DNA of 64,000 nucleotides from Eukaryota sp. TZLM1-RC (GCA_040285825.1 JAUPSS010000005.1:620001-684000); one strand, 5' to 3'. Numbered from the stretch's first letter, positions 49,690-62,852 are shown. Notes: generated from the letters alone by a model not told the origin. Numbers and translations: made by a program.

Positions 49690-50450
49690 TTTAATTTTAT
49701 TCAAAACCTATAAATCAACATCTAAAAAATGCATCTCTCCCAGAACAAAAACACTAGATGCAACTCTCTCATAGTGAGATCCAAGAGAAAGCAAAGCATC
49801 AGAAACCATCTTCAACATCCCCTTAAAAATAGAAAACACAATTCTACTTTGCCAAAACAATCTGTTAAAATTTCTCCCAGTTCTTCTCTTTACAATCATT
49901 TCAAAACCATCCAAAAAACGTAAAGCAGTTGGTGCAAGTGAACCAAAAAGGGAAAATACAAATGGATACAAATTGTATTTTGCATGCTGTAGACTGGCCA
50001 ATTTGGACAAAGGTTCATTGTAATTTTTTGAATTTAAAATCTTCAGCATTTGAAAGGGGATTATGAATTTCAGAATTAACTAGCGTTTCATTTGAGGCAT
50101 TACAAGGATCAACAGACATTACATCCACTAAAATAAAACTTCCATCTAATCCAGGTAATATAAAATCACCTTTATTATTCTTATGAAAATCATCTTCAGT
50201 ATCAAACAGACTTGACAATAGAGGTTCCAAGAAGGATTTAATTCTATGAGATTTACACATACAATATAACTGGTCTCTTACAGCATCATGAACCTTGCTT
50301 CTAAAAGTAATAAAATGTTTACAATTTAACAAATGAGTAATTGTAATTTCTCTAGAACATTTACAAATTAAATTATGAGGTAAATTATCAGGCCAGATAA
50401 AGGAACGAAATCTCATATTCAGAGTCCAAGCAGAATCGGATAAGAGAGTA
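49690..50450 (-). mobile_element. 5'-truncated copy of retro family B
   Basis: Near-identical to 25580-26340; one frameshift. Confidence 0.9.
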
Positions 50451-50736
50451 CAATATTGAACAGATAATTTTTAACGAAAATTAGCCAGAGCCATTGATTA
50501 TTTAAACAATTAAAAATTTTCTCACAATTTGTTTTTGTTTTGTTTCTGACCCCACCAATCAATACAGGCGTGTACTTTTTGTCACAGTGGCTGCCCAAAA
50601 TGTTCCTCTATACCTTCCAATGCTCAACAAATCAACACCATCATGATGATTCACAAGAACTGAACTCAAAAATAAATAAAACAATGTCTCATTAGTGATC
50701 ATTTCAATATTGTTTATTCACAGTTTAAAAACAAAA

Positions 50737-51567
50737 TTAGCAAGCAAACCTACCACCAAATCTTTCTTTGAGTTCTTGCTTCTTTTCTAAAGTTAATTTG
50801 TTATCATGAAGCTTCAACTCAACTCGTGGATTCACCATCATTGCTTGAGCCAAAGCTTCAGCACCTTCATCATCAATATTGTTAAAGTCTAAGTGAACTT
50901 CATTAAGCCCAGCATTGACCTTTAAAGCTTCACTCAAAGCAAAGGCTCCTTGATTACCACAATTGGTAGCGGAAAGAACAAGATCAACCAATGCATAATT
51001 TGATTGTAGAGATTTAGCAAGGTATTGAATACCTTGGTCACCAATAGGGTTACTATCCAACCAAAGCTCCTCTAATGAAGAATTAGCCACCAAAGCATCA
51101 GCCAAAGCATTACAACCAATATGGGTGATGTTGTTGACACCAAGATTCAACAACAATAATGAAGAATTAGTCTCTAACGCTTGTGCAAGTGCAAACGCTC
51201 CACCATCATTAACAATTCTCATTCCAAGTGTAACTTCTTTGATGAGCATATCGGCCCTAAGAAAAGCAGCAATGGTAACTACTTGTTCTTCAACTTGGCC
51301 TTCAGAGAAGCAATTGTTATACAATTCTACTTTGCTTTCATGGCCACAAATTGCTTTTTTGAAACTTTCCGGTAAAATATCATAATCAATGTTTGGAAAT
51401 AAACCATCTTCAACATATTGATCATTGAGGTGAGAACCTTCATGCAAATCTGACATAGCTTGAGAGCCAGTGACGGGCGGTACTTCTCTTATGGTAGGTT
51501 GATCAGTATAGAAGTGTTGATCAACTTCTATGTTGGATGGTCCGGATCCAGTACTAGTTGATGTCAT
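50737..51567 (-). CDS. RNI-like leucine-rich repeat protein (NLRC3-type LRRs)
   Basis: 28-residue repeats such as LAQALETNSSLLLLNLGVNNI and LADALVANSSLEELWLDSNPIGDQG; probable start MTST at 51567. Confidence 0.85.
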   Translation of the reverse strand: MTSTSTGSGPSNIEVDQHFYTDQPTIREVPPVTGSQAMSDLHEGSHLNDQYVEDGLFPNIDYDILPESFKKAICGHESKVELYNNCFSEGQVEEQVVTIAAFLRADMLIKEVTLGMRIVNDGGAFALAQALETNSSLLLLNLGVNNITHIGCNALADALVANSSLEELWLDSNPIGDQGIQYLAKSLQSNYALVDLVLSATNCGNQGAFALSEALKVNAGLNEVHLDFNNIDDEGAEALAQAMMVNPRVELKLHDNKLTLEKKQELKERFGGRFAC

Positions 51568-51945
51568 AACTACATGCAGAAAGAAGAGGACAAGAACTAT
51601 GTTCAAAGAAGGTGAGGGAGAAATGTGTTCAAGAGATTTCGAATGTCTTTTTGCTATAATCAACGAGAAAATGACCAAAATAGCCACCTTTGCCCCCCCC
51701 CCGCGTTTTGTAACAGCATCATGTAATGAAGAACAATAATCTTGATGTAATGCGTTTAATAAAGATTAAAGTCGTATACAACACAACCTTCGAGGACCAA
51801 TCAACCAAAAGAACGCACCAAGGAAGAGAAGCACGTGATGTAGCGCAAAGGACTGCATTTGTGAATGGTGAACAATTTCTTCTGAATTTGACAAATCTAA
51901 ATCTGAAAAATAATTTGCTTTATTTATTTATTTATTCACAAAAAA

Positions 51946-52965
51946 CTACAATGTAAGTGAATTTAAATCTATAAGCGACCATGGATCTTTTGAATCTTGA
52001 TTACTCTTGGATTTTGGTTCACTTGACACATCAAAAAAATCATCAAATAAAGATTGTTCTTTTGGTTTTTGATTGACAGTTTGATTACTGTTTTGATTGT
52101 TGACCTTTCGTCTGGTTCTAGTCGATTCCCCACTTGATTTACTTGGAGAATCAATAAAAAAATCATCAAACAATCCATTTGATTGCTCTTTTGATTGCTC
52201 CTTTGATTGTTCTACAGCAGGTTCTTTGGGCGTGAAATCGGTAAAAAAGTCATCAAAAACGTCCTCCTGGCCAGTGAATTTCTTGTTACCATCTTTAGAA
52301 TCTTCAGCAGTCAAATCCAAAAGATTCACCTCAACTGGTGTCACTTCTTCATAATACCGTCCTGAAAAGTCTTCTTTCTGACAAATCACATCATTTTTTT
52401 GAGCCTCTTCACGTGTTAAACTTCCTGATCTTTCTAACCGTTGCTGGGTTGTTTTGGTTCTGGCATGACGTTCAGAAGTGAGACCAGAGAGATTTGCATT
52501 GGCAGTGCCCTGTATACGTGACCTCAAAAGCTGAGCATCAGATTGCTCCTTCACCAGCAAGTCTTCGTCGGTCAAGAGTTCCACAATGTGTTTGGAGCGT
52601 TTCCTCACCACTTTCCCTATATCCCTACCTTCCTCGTTGACATGGGAAAAGTCTTTTAGGGTGCGGACTCGGTAGATTTGGGTTCGGCATTGTTCAACAA
52701 CAGAGTCACTTCCATGTAGAATGAGGTATTCCAGGAGAGTAAGGGATTTTTGTATGTGCATGTAGTGTTTGCTTGGGCTGGAGAGGCGATCCCAGATGAC
52801 TCGGAATATGTTCGCGAGTTCTAGGGAGGAGTATGTGGCGTCAACAATTTCGTCGAGAAGAGAGTTGGCAGCAGGCCATGAGTCAAGGGAGGTGGCCTCC
52901 TTAGTTTTAATTTCTATGGGTGTGACACCGAGAAACTTTTGCTGCACAGAGTTCCATAGGTTCAT
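51946..52965 (-). CDS. Epsin/epsinR (ENTH domain) clathrin adaptor
   Basis: KEATS.DSW...KSLTLLEYLILHGS...DIG..VR ENTH motifs; LLDL and LIDL clathrin boxes; repeated DDFF motifs. Confidence 0.9.
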   Translation of the reverse strand: MNLWNSVQQKFLGVTPIEIKTKEATSLDSWPAANSLLDEIVDATYSSLELANIFRVIWDRLSSPSKHYMHIQKSLTLLEYLILHGSDSVVEQCRTQIYRVRTLKDFSHVNEEGRDIGKVVRKRSKHIVELLTDEDLLVKEQSDAQLLRSRIQGTANANLSGLTSERHARTKTTQQRLERSGSLTREEAQKNDVICQKEDFSGRYYEEVTPVEVNLLDLTAEDSKDGNKKFTGQEDVFDDFFTDFTPKEPAVEQSKEQSKEQSNGLFDDFFIDSPSKSSGESTRTRRKVNNQNSNQTVNQKPKEQSLFDDFFDVSSEPKSKSNQDSKDPWSLIDLNSLTL

Positions 52966-53435
52966 GTAAAAAAGATGGGAGAAAAAAACAAACAGAAAGG
53001 AGGATGTAGATGGTGTTGGAGAGGATTTCAGAGTTTGGAAGGATTCAATATTTAGAAACAACTATGTGACTCAGCCATAATTTTACATCTCAACTTTCCT
53101 ATTTGTCAGTATTGTTGAGTGTACTACCAATAAGATTGGAAGTCCCCACATCCCAACAAATCTCCTTCTTTGTTTTTCCAGGTTCGTTTTGATTCAAAAC
53201 AAAGTCACCAGAGCCTCATCAGTCAAGAGATATAAAAGCCGTACGAGTTGTCATAATTGCAACAAATGAACGCTTCAATAGCTGTCATGCTCAAATTGTC
53301 CAATTCTTGTTGTATTCTATATTTGCCCCACACACTGTTCTTTGAGCGAAACTTATGAAGAGTTTCAACATCTCCGGTTCAACATACTGCGTCCAATATC
53401 TTGTTGAATTTTAAAAATTCGTTGACTATGACTAT

Positions 53436-54335
53436 ATTTATTGAATTTGCACACTTAATTAAATTAACTCAATACTAATGGGACGACAATCATTGAACCA
53501 AGATTTCCTCTACAAAATCTTGATCTGCTTGCTGTCTAGCTAAAGCTTCTCTTATTCGATTGAAAAACCGCGGTAATCTATTAATAATGGCAAATTGAAT
53601 CCGTGAACGCCATAAAAAAATATCAAATCTTTTCATTGTTTTTTCTTGCACCATTTTTTGGAAGTCATCCAAAAAAGTTTCTGCTTCATCTGATAATCTT
53701 CCATTTATCGAAAAGGGGAAAGCAATAAAAACCAGATGTGTATTTCTATCGAGATTTGCCTCTTCAATATCTTTATCATATTTTCTATGTTTCTCTTTTG
53801 CTTTAAAATCCAGAGCAGGAACAGGATTAAGTTTTCCTCTGTGAACCAAAGTATCATTTGCAACATTACATGAGACAAAGTCAACAATAGCTTCAGAATT
53901 ATCAATCCAATCACAGTATACATCACCTCTATCATCAGAACCAAAATTATTCAGAGAAAGTGTTTCCTTCAGCAGGGGCTCTTTGATACACGATATCCTT
54001 GCAGTTTGTGCCATATTGAAAACAGTGTCTCTAACAGCATCATGTAATGAAGAACGATAAGTTATCAATTTAGAGCAATTCAGAGCATGGCGCAAAGTGA
54101 GTTGAGGTGAATTCGAACAAATACATTTTTCTTTTGATAATAACTGGTTAATGGGGATGTTCAAATATAATCTCATTTTTGTTACAAATGCTTCATTAGT
54201 GGCACACAATCCAAATCTTCGTGGTACAATGGTTACAAAAAGTGAAGAATCTGACGACTTGTTTTCACAAACACCCTTTTCCAATAACAATGAGTGAAGA
54301 TCTTGATTTAAAACAGCTGAGCTGCATATATTATT
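53436..54335 (-). mobile_element. Young 5'-truncated copy of retro family A
   Basis: Nearly identical to 42867-43765. Confidence 0.93.
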
Positions 54336-54819
54336 TTGACTATCAGAACTGATAAAGGTCCCCATAATTCTTTGAGTCAACACTTAGTTTGAGTGATTAA
54401 TCTCTTCCTGACGTTTTCTCAATAGAATTGAACATGTTGCTATATTTCACAAGTTTGTGTTATCGTTGCATCTTTGCTTATAACTGGCAAACTGGTTTGA
54501 AGTACTAAATCTATGCTATTGAGTGTGTTTGTCTGTGCATTTAGTCATCACCGCTGACTGTATGACTGTATGAACTTGTAACACCACTTTCACGCAAAAC
54601 TTCAATTTATTCCCGGAATTCGGGAGTTAATATGGATTTCTCTACTGAAAAACTCGAGGAATAATGAAGAATTACAATTCACAGGGTTTGGTTCATTGAT
54701 AACGCACCAATATACATTGTCACGAAACATGAACTCGATTGTACCCACAAAGGTGCGACGTTCTCAAATGTGCAACGCTTTTCAAATGTTGATTTTCACT
54801 CTTTTTGCATCTTGCTCCA

Positions 54820-56867
54820 ATGAGTCTTCTTGAGTGTGGTATATGTCTCAAAACAATGGAGGAGCCCACCACCCTCCTCTGTGGACATAGCTTTTGTCGA
54901 TCTAAATGTCTCTCCAAATGGTTGAAATCCAACTCCACATGTCCCTCCTGCCGAAAGGATGTACCCCAAAGAACCCTCTGCATCAACATAGCCCTTCTAG
55001 AGGCGATCGACGCCCTCAACCAGAAACCAAAGGAATCACCCGTTTGTGACAACTGCCTTGAATCCTATGCCTCTCTCTTTTGCGTACAATGTGATGCAAC
55101 CCTCTGCGAACAATGCTCCGCTCATTTTCATGGTTCCAGATTGTTCAAGAACCACAACATCGTCCCTCTCCAAGAGAAAGCCTCCCTAGCCATCATCAAG
55201 TGTCCTCGCCATAAGAAAAAAGACCTTGAGTACTTTTGTACCCACTGCAAGGTCGCCATTTGCGATGCCTGTGGTCTTTTAGAAGGCCATGCCGCTCACA
55301 ACAAATGTTTACTTCCTCTCTCTGATGCAAAGGAAGCCGTCACTGAAGAGGTGAAGGATTTACAAAGAGGATTGAGCACGTGTACGCTGGTTCTGGAAGA
55401 ACCAACTGAAAGAGTTGAGCAGGTGGTCAAGGAAACTCTTTCTACAGGCCAATCAAGCCTCAATGATTTGATCGCTGATTTGATCAAACAATCAGCAACT
55501 TTAATCAATCAAATTGATTGTGGTGAAGTTTTTGATGAAAATCTATCGATTCAAGGTGATTTAAAGGATCGAGGTATTCAATGTGTCCAAAATGCCATTA
55601 ATGTTCTACAAAATTATCAAAATATTTGGGTACAAAGTTTTGAAAATGTTGAAAATTTCACCAAGAAATTTCAAATGAGCTTGTTGAAAAATTGCTCAAT
55701 AAAGATCTGCTCGATGTCAGCAGCTTGAATATTTCGAAAAGAGCTCAAGATGTCGTCATGGCGTGTCAAATGGATGCCACGTGTCATATAGATAGACCAA
55801 TTGTTGAGGAAATTCTTTCTTGTGAAATTTCTGATGATTTAAAATCAAAAACAATTTTATTATTTATTACTCAATCTAGGGTAATTAAATCAAATGATTT
55901 TATTTGGCTTCTTCAATTTTCAAGTTTGGTCACCATTGAAGAGATAAAATCTATTTCTAGCAAAACTGATTTTGGTGAATTAAATCAAGAAGGATTTAAT
56001 AATATTTTAAATTTTGGAATTAACCACTCATTAACTGACTTGATAACCAAGGTTATCGACAATTACCACTTCCAATCATTACCAGAAGTCTTTGAAATTC
56101 CTGTCGATTTCCTTTCTAATTTGACCCTTTCTAATGTGGTTAATGGCAATAAGGAAGTTTGGTTGGAGAAGGTGTTAAGGGCTAGTTGTAATCAAGGTAA
56201 TATTAGGGAAGTTTCTAGAAGGTTATTGGGAAGGGAAGTTGGTTTTAAAGGACTCGATGTTGGAGTTTATTGTCAGGCAGATCTGTGGCTTAATGATATT
56301 GTTTCCAAGCTAAAAGAAGGATTTAATCAGAATTGGAATCATGTCGAGATTTCAATTGGCAAAATTCAAATAGCAAACAATTTCAATGAATTAAATGGTT
56401 TTGATGTTGTTGTTGTGGAGACTGAACGAATGAAGTGGCCAGCTGCTTTTCTTAATCAAATACTTGAATCAGGAAAAGGTTTGGTATTGTTTAATGGTGT
56501 TCCAGCAAATGTTTTTAATTACTCTTGTTTTGAGGGGGGTAGAATTGATTATTTCAAACCAGGACACCCACGATCCCAACTCCCCATGACTCCAACACTT
56601 TCAAATGATCCTTTACTAACAAATGTTAGCTCTTTTTCCTCAAATAGTGCCAGAATCAACACCAAACTCACTAGTGGAACTTTGGTTGCTACAATTAATA
56701 ATGGAATCCCTTTAATTGCCAAGAAAATAGTTGGTAGTGCTAGATTAGTTGAATTTGGCTATTTTTGCTCCAGTAATGACAGTAATTGTGGATGGAGTTG
56801 GTCTTCATCAACTGATGGTCATTTATTATTAGCTAATGCTGTTGCTTGGTGTGGTAATTGTGTTTAG
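54820..56867 (+). CDS. TRIM-like paralog of 9798-11843 with a 1-nt frameshift near 55686 (pseudogene or sequencing error)
   Basis: Near-identical N-terminus; TTG GAA AAA in the paralog versus TTG AAAAA here. Confidence 0.85.
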
Positions 56868-58004
56868 GTTTAAATTCAGCTGGATAAATCAACTTTCTTC
56901 ATCATATTGATTAATTTTAACAGTGGTTTCATTACATTGCTGATAGATATTTGTAACAATTTGAACATTTGTTTAAACCATGAAGGAAACAACTTCATTA
57001 AAAGTATTGTTGATTGCGCACAATTCCTCAACAAGCTTTTTGAATGACTATTGAGAAAAAGAAAATCGTTATTCAATAACATTTGGACATTATAGTCAAC
57101 ACCAGTGTCAGCTCTTGTCTGATATGATATCTTATAATTCAATAGAGGTGAAAATGTCACACAAGACTATTGATTGATTTTGACACTGCTTTGTGCAGAA
57201 CAAGCTAAACAACATCCTGTCACTGCATGGATGTAGTGAATGAGAGTCTTGCAATTGGAGCGAAAGACTAGAATAAAAGACTAACCTTTGATGACTTCCA
57301 CCTCCATCCAATGGGCTTTACAATGTAAATAAATTTCATTTTCTTAACAAATCATTTTTTTCTTTACAATTATTTCTTCAATGTAAGCATGAAGACTTGT
57401 ATATGAAGGAAGAGTTTAATTATATTCTGCAAAACAATCCTACAGAGCTAACAAAAGAAAAAGGTTTTAAAACCTAACGCTCAGCCTCTGTTACTTTAAC
57501 AAAACGTCTTATGCAAACACAAATGTTTTGAATGGACCACAACAAGTCTCCATGCCAAAGAAGACAGTTGTTTGTAAAGTGTTGACCTGGATCAGGACAT
57601 TATCAGAAGACATCTCCAAACCACTGTGGGAAAATAGGGTGTAGAAGATGATATCCGTAGTGATTGTACAACATAATACTGTAATAAGAACATTATAAGG
57701 TGAAGTTTTATGGCACAAGTGATACGAATGGCAGTCAAATGAGAGATAAAACTTTTGCAGGTAGAGACAACAGTGATACAAAATCCCTTCTACTCAACAT
57801 CTAGGAAAAGTTTGAAGAAAAAAGCATTATTGACGGAGGGAAAAGGTTAACTTAGAGGCGGATGAAGGTTACTGAGATTACAACTCTGTAATTTTGGTAT
57901 TCGAACAACAGAAGAGGAGAGAGTGTTATTTTTTTAAAGTAAACAAATTTTGTGTTGTAAAAATCCAAATTCAAAATTTTACATCATCCTGAACCCCTTT
58001 AACC

Positions 58005-59022
58005 ATGCTTGATTCTTACAAGTGTGCTATTTGTCTTGAGACAATGACTAAACCTGCAACTACTCTATGTGGACATAATTTCTGTTTGGAAAAGTGTCTC
58101 AAACCAGCTATGCGGTTCAACAACAGCTGTCCAATGTGTAGAGAACCTGTTCCCCGTGCTCCTTTAGTGAATACGGTCCTTCAAGAAGCCATTGAAAACG
58201 CTACCAGTGTTCCAAAGACTGCCGATATTCCAAAATGTGGTGAATGTTATGCTGTAAACTCTACAAAGTATTGTACAGTTTGCAAACTTTGTCTGTGCGA
58301 CCAGTGCTCTTCTAGAATACACGAGCTAAACTCCTTCCAGTCCCATAGAATCGTACATGTTGCTGAACGTAGCAGTGTCACTCCAACTAAGTGTCAAAAA
58401 CACAACACCAAGGATTTGGAGTACTTCTGTAATGCTTGCCAGAAAGCTGTTTGCGTTGATTGCTGCGTATTTGAGAGTATGTGCTTGATTTTCTCTCATT
58501 ATAGAACATTTTAGCCATACAGAAGATCTTATCCCTATCCAAGACGCCCGGAGCTGCTTGGAGCAAAAGATTGCTTCTTTGGACAGTGTGCTCAATTCGT
58601 CAACAAATCAAACTCTAACTAAGTCAAGGAAAGCTTTTGAGAGCTTCAGGGCTTCAATCAATAGAGCCCATAGCACCAACCTTGATTATGTCTCTCGTAT
58701 CCGTAACGCTTCTTTAAAACGTGCTAAACAGTTGAGTTCAGGTCAGAGAGTATCATTGGAACCAATCAACACTTCCGAATTCAAAAAGAGCTTGAAGGAA
58801 TCCATTGATAGATGTCGTGTAGTGTTCCAGGATTGGGAACAGTCCGTAATGAGAAGCTATGATGACATAAGCAATTTATACCAAAAGCAATTGTCTGGAA
58901 ATGGGACTGCTGCGTCATCGATTGCTCCAAAGTCTAAAATAATGACTCCAGGTAATTCACGTAGGATTGGGGTAGCAAATCCCAGTCGAGCATCTCAGAT
59001 GCATGGAATCCTGCGTAGATGA
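58005..59022 (+). CDS. RING-B-box-B-box-coiled-coil protein, ~329 aa; intron 58477-58504
   Basis: 28-nt GTATGT...TATAG intron restores B-box2 CVDCCVFEKHFSH and joins ORF 58558. Confidence 0.88.
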
Positions 59023-60224
59023 ACGGCTTATCTGAAATTCCAGAATTTTTTTGTAAATATTGATAAATAGGTTTCCCTAACATATATGAATCATGTATAT
59101 GATTTAAATTTAAAGATATCAATTATATTTATGGTATTTTTATAGAATAATATATATAATATCATTATCATTAAATTGTTTATCATTAAATTTTAATAAT
59201 TTCATTTGGCAAGAGATCACTAAATAGCTCAGAAATAGTGAAAATTTACTTAAATTCATCAAAAATTTCAGGCAAGATCAAAATCAGGCACATATGACCA
59301 TCCTAAAATTCAGCCTGTCACTCATTATTTGATTAATTTCAGTTTCCAAAAAACCTTAATCTTTCCTAAAACATGGTTGAATACAACATGTAAAACATGC
59401 GAAGCATCACCTCGTTGGAGAGACTGTTGAAGAACTGCAAGGTATTGTAAAAAGTCAAGAGAAGTATGAAAACTAAAATAAGAAAGAGTGGAGTTGAGAC
59501 GAAAAGATAATTGCTTTAGGAGGAGGAGCAGTGACAGGAAAGGGAAAGAGGTAGGTGTAGTAGATTTAAGTGATGAGGAGAGTGTTTGAAGATTAAAAAG
59601 AGGTTTATGCAGGTCATGGGAAAGGTCTTTAGCTTGTAGAAGGAGTTGGTCGGCAGTAGAGGTGAGAGGTTTGGCCTTTGAGGAGTAAGGGCTTGGCGTC
59701 TAATGTTAAGTCAAGTTTACCTAAAATTTGTCAATCCTGGACAAAAACTTTATTCGTGCTCATTGCAGAGCTCTAGATAAAACAAATGTCTGTGCCAATT
59801 ATCTTATCTCTCTTTTACCAGATGAACCGTTAGCCCAACCAGAAGAAGTAGTTGTCTATTCCGGTCTCGAACACTACATCAATTTCAATCTGAATAATTC
59901 AAGACAAAGATTCTTTTGATTAAATTCATGTAAGTTTATCTTGAATCTTCTTCAACGATTTCCTGCCAATGCTTCCCTCATGTCTTCACATGATAAAATC
60001 ACCTTTTCATCAAAGGAAATTGGTGAGCTTTTTCTCTTTAATCTTAAAATACTTACTCACTTTCTTTTCTCATATGCATTGCTGGAAGAAATTTAGAATA
60101 TTACCCTAAGTTTCTCATAAAGGTTCTAGATTTCATGAGGTACCTTCCCAAATTTTGCACTCAGTGAAAAAGTTCCCGCTTATTGAAGTATCTCCTTCAA
60201 TTAATTGACGACAAGTCAGGACAG

Positions 60225-60395
60225 CGCCATAAAAAGGTGTCAAATTTTTTCATTGTGTTTTCTTGAACCATTTATTGGAAATCATTCAAAAAAGTTCCTG
60301 CCTCTACTGATAGTGTTCCGTTTTCAGAAAATGGGAAAGCAGTATAAACAAGTGGTCTATTTCTATCAGCATTTGCTTCTTCGATATCAAGTAAC
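60225..60395 (-). mobile_element. Old degenerate family A RLE fragment
   Basis: DIEEANADRNRPLVYTAFPFSENGTLSVEAGTFLNDFQ. Confidence 0.7.
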
Positions 60396-60995
60396 AGCTT
60401 AAATTGAAATAACCAAACTAAGTGATGACGTGGTAGTATACTGATGACATTAACCAACACTAAGTCCCAATATTGGGTTACATGGGAGGAGGCTGTATGT
60501 TTTCACGAAAACAGCACTGTTCACTCATTAATTTTGTTTTATCTGATAAGATGCTAGTTGATAGAAGTACATACATGAGTAGACGGTACCTCGTGATGTG
60601 TACAATATTGAATTATTTGTCATAATCGATGGAAAGCTCTCGTTTACAGATATAACAATTGATTTAATAGACTGAAATTATTTATTACATTGCAAACTAG
60701 TAAGTCTCGTTTCAGAAAATTTGTGGTTAAAATTCTATGTTTTTAGTGATTTTTGCGGATGCTGATGAAAAAGAACTGCAACAATTGTGACAAATTTGAT
60801 GTTTTTGCCTCTTGTTCCGTTGAGACGTTGTAGAAGGGCTTCGTATTTTGATTTCTTGAAAGCTCTGCAACTTTAAGTAAATGTCAAATGTCAGAATTGC
60901 AACTTCACTTCTATGGAGATACAGTAGCACAATCGATAACAAACAAATAAATCCTAATGAAGGAGAAATTCTTTTATTGAACACCTCTCAACGTT

Positions 60996-62852
60996 ATGCA
61001 AGACCCCTCTCTGTCCCAAGCATCTACAGTCCCTTTCCACTCTCCACACCCTCCAGATGACTCTTCATTACAACTCGACGAAGATCTTTCCCTCTTCTAT
61101 CCCACTTCTACACCTCGAAATGTCCACTTTTCTCCATCTAAATCACAACTTCCTGAACCATCCCCTCTCCAAACCTCCCCTACGGAACCAATACCAACAT
61201 CATCGTCCTCAGTGGACGTTACACGCCTTCATGACCAACTCTCAGAAGCCCAGGTTCAGATCGCTCACCTAGAATCTCTATTAGATAAGGAGAAAACCGA
61301 CAAGGAACGTTTAGAATCATTTCACGCACTTCAAATAAACCAAGCTAACCTCAAACTAAAACACTCAGAAGCTCAAAATTCAAGACTTTTGGAGAAAATC
61401 ACGTCATTGACCAATACGGCGGAGAAGAATAAGATTGATGCAGAGAAGTTTTTTGCAAAGTGCACAAAGAAATTACCATCATCTATAGGGAAGGCTGACG
61501 TGTGCTTTTTGATTGAAGCATTTCAATCAGAAAGGATCGAAAAAGATGAAAGGATCAGAGATCTGGAAGCTGAAAATTTGGAATTGTCCCAAGCGTTGAG
61601 ACAAGCCGAAAATTTTGAAATTTCAGGAAATGATTCACTTGTAAAGAAAAGAGGGGATCTGGAGACACGCATAGCTCAACTGACACGTGAACTGACGAGT
61701 AAAGATCAAGAGATCAAAAATTTAAAGGAAGAAGGTTCAAAATTCAGATCAGAAATTTCTGGACTAGAACAATTATTGAACCAAAAAGAAAAAGAATTTA
61801 ATCTCAAAGTAGAAGCTTTAACCGCTGAATTAATGGGTCGGCCAACTAACAAGGAGTTTAATGAATTAGTAAATAAATTAAATGAGACTGAGAATAAATT
61901 AAAAGAAACTATTAAGGAGGAGTTAATAACTGAGCATGACTTTCCTAAAGGGGAAGGGGAAGCACGTCATCAAATCAAAGTTGATAAGAAAGCTCATAAA
62001 TTGGGAGTTTTGGACCAAATTCAACGGGAATCTAAGAAGAGTTTGATTAATTTTGCAAAGGAAATTTGCACGTTGGTTTCCGTTACAAATCTATCAGAAG
62101 CATTAGTAGCGGTCAAAAAAATGATTGATTTGATGAGCTTCTCTTTGAAAACTGAAGAATTCTTGTCGAAATTGTTGAATTTGATTAATACCCAAGTTGC
62201 ATGTAGTCCATCTCCTCACGTGATGTATCAAAAATTGACTGAGTTGTTCAATCAATTTGACGATCAAAATAGAGTGATTGAGGATGTTATTGAGCTAGTT
62301 GCTGGTGTTAAACCCCAAGTTTCGATTGATAATTTGATTGATTGTCTGTATGACGTGATATATGAATCAGAAACGGAAACCTATTCTCCAACCCAGTTAG
62401 AAACGCAAATTATGAACCTTTTTGATATTAATGAACGATCGTTTATACTCTCCAAATTAAATTCAATTTATTTAAAATTACAAGAATACTCAAATGTTTT
62501 TCATAATTTTAAGCGATATTTAAATTTAAAAGAAAATTCTTCGTTAAAGGATGTGGAATCTGGTTTAGCAAGGATAGTTTCAATGGTGGGTAATGTTGGA
62601 TTTAGTCATGATGACGTGGCAACAGGTCAAAATTCAGTGGAATTTGAGCGACTTGGAAGAGAAACTTGTAGACTTTTTGATTGTGATTCTTCACGAGTTT
62701 TTGGTAAGTTGAAGGATTTAATTCGACAATTGCATCAGATTAGGCAAGAAAATGAAGAATTCAGCACTGTTTTGGATCATTTAAGAACTTTGCTAAAGGT
62801 AAATTCCATTAGTGATTTGGAAAAAAGTATTATTGGGTTATTGGAAAGATGA
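60996..62852 (+). CDS. Coiled-coil protein, CEP70-like centrosomal/basal-body candidate
   Basis: Long coiled coil; C-terminal LFDI...LSKLNSIYLKLQEYSN...LNL resembles the CEP70 C-terminal domain (from memory, not searched). Confidence 0.55.
   Translation: MQDPSLSQASTVPFHSPHPPDDSSLQLDEDLSLFYPTSTPRNVHFSPSKSQLPEPSPLQTSPTEPIPTSSSSVDVTRLHDQLSEAQVQIAHLESLLDKEKTDKERLESFHALQINQANLKLKHSEAQNSRLLEKITSLTNTAEKNKIDAEKFFAKCTKKLPSSIGKADVCFLIEAFQSERIEKDERIRDLEAENLELSQALRQAENFEISGNDSLVKKRGDLETRIAQLTRELTSKDQEIKNLKEEGSKFRSEISGLEQLLNQKEKEFNLKVEALTAELMGRPTNKEFNELVNKLNETENKLKETIKEELITEHDFPKGEGEARHQIKVDKKAHKLGVLDQIQRESKKSLINFAKEICTLVSVTNLSEALVAVKKMIDLMSFSLKTEEFLSKLLNLINTQVACSPSPHVMYQKLTELFNQFDDQNRVIEDVIELVAGVKPQVSIDNLIDCLYDVIYESETETYSPTQLETQIMNLFDINERSFILSKLNSIYLKLQEYSNVFHNFKRYLNLKENSSLKDVESGLARIVSMVGNVGFSHDDVATGQNSVEFERLGRETCRLFDCDSSRVFGKLKDLIRQLHQIRQENEEFSTVLDHLRTLLKVNSISDLEKSIIGLLER

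Noticed and set aside
54600-54790. Fanzor or MULE remnant upstream of the second TRIM copy
   Set aside because: No RuvC or zinc-finger motifs; the weak APIY similarity to the MULE N-terminus is insufficient
9798-56867. Diversity-generating retroelement acting on the TRIM C-termini
   Set aside because: Differences include C/G and C/T changes and an indel, not only adenines; the RTs here are non-LTR type; no template repeat seen
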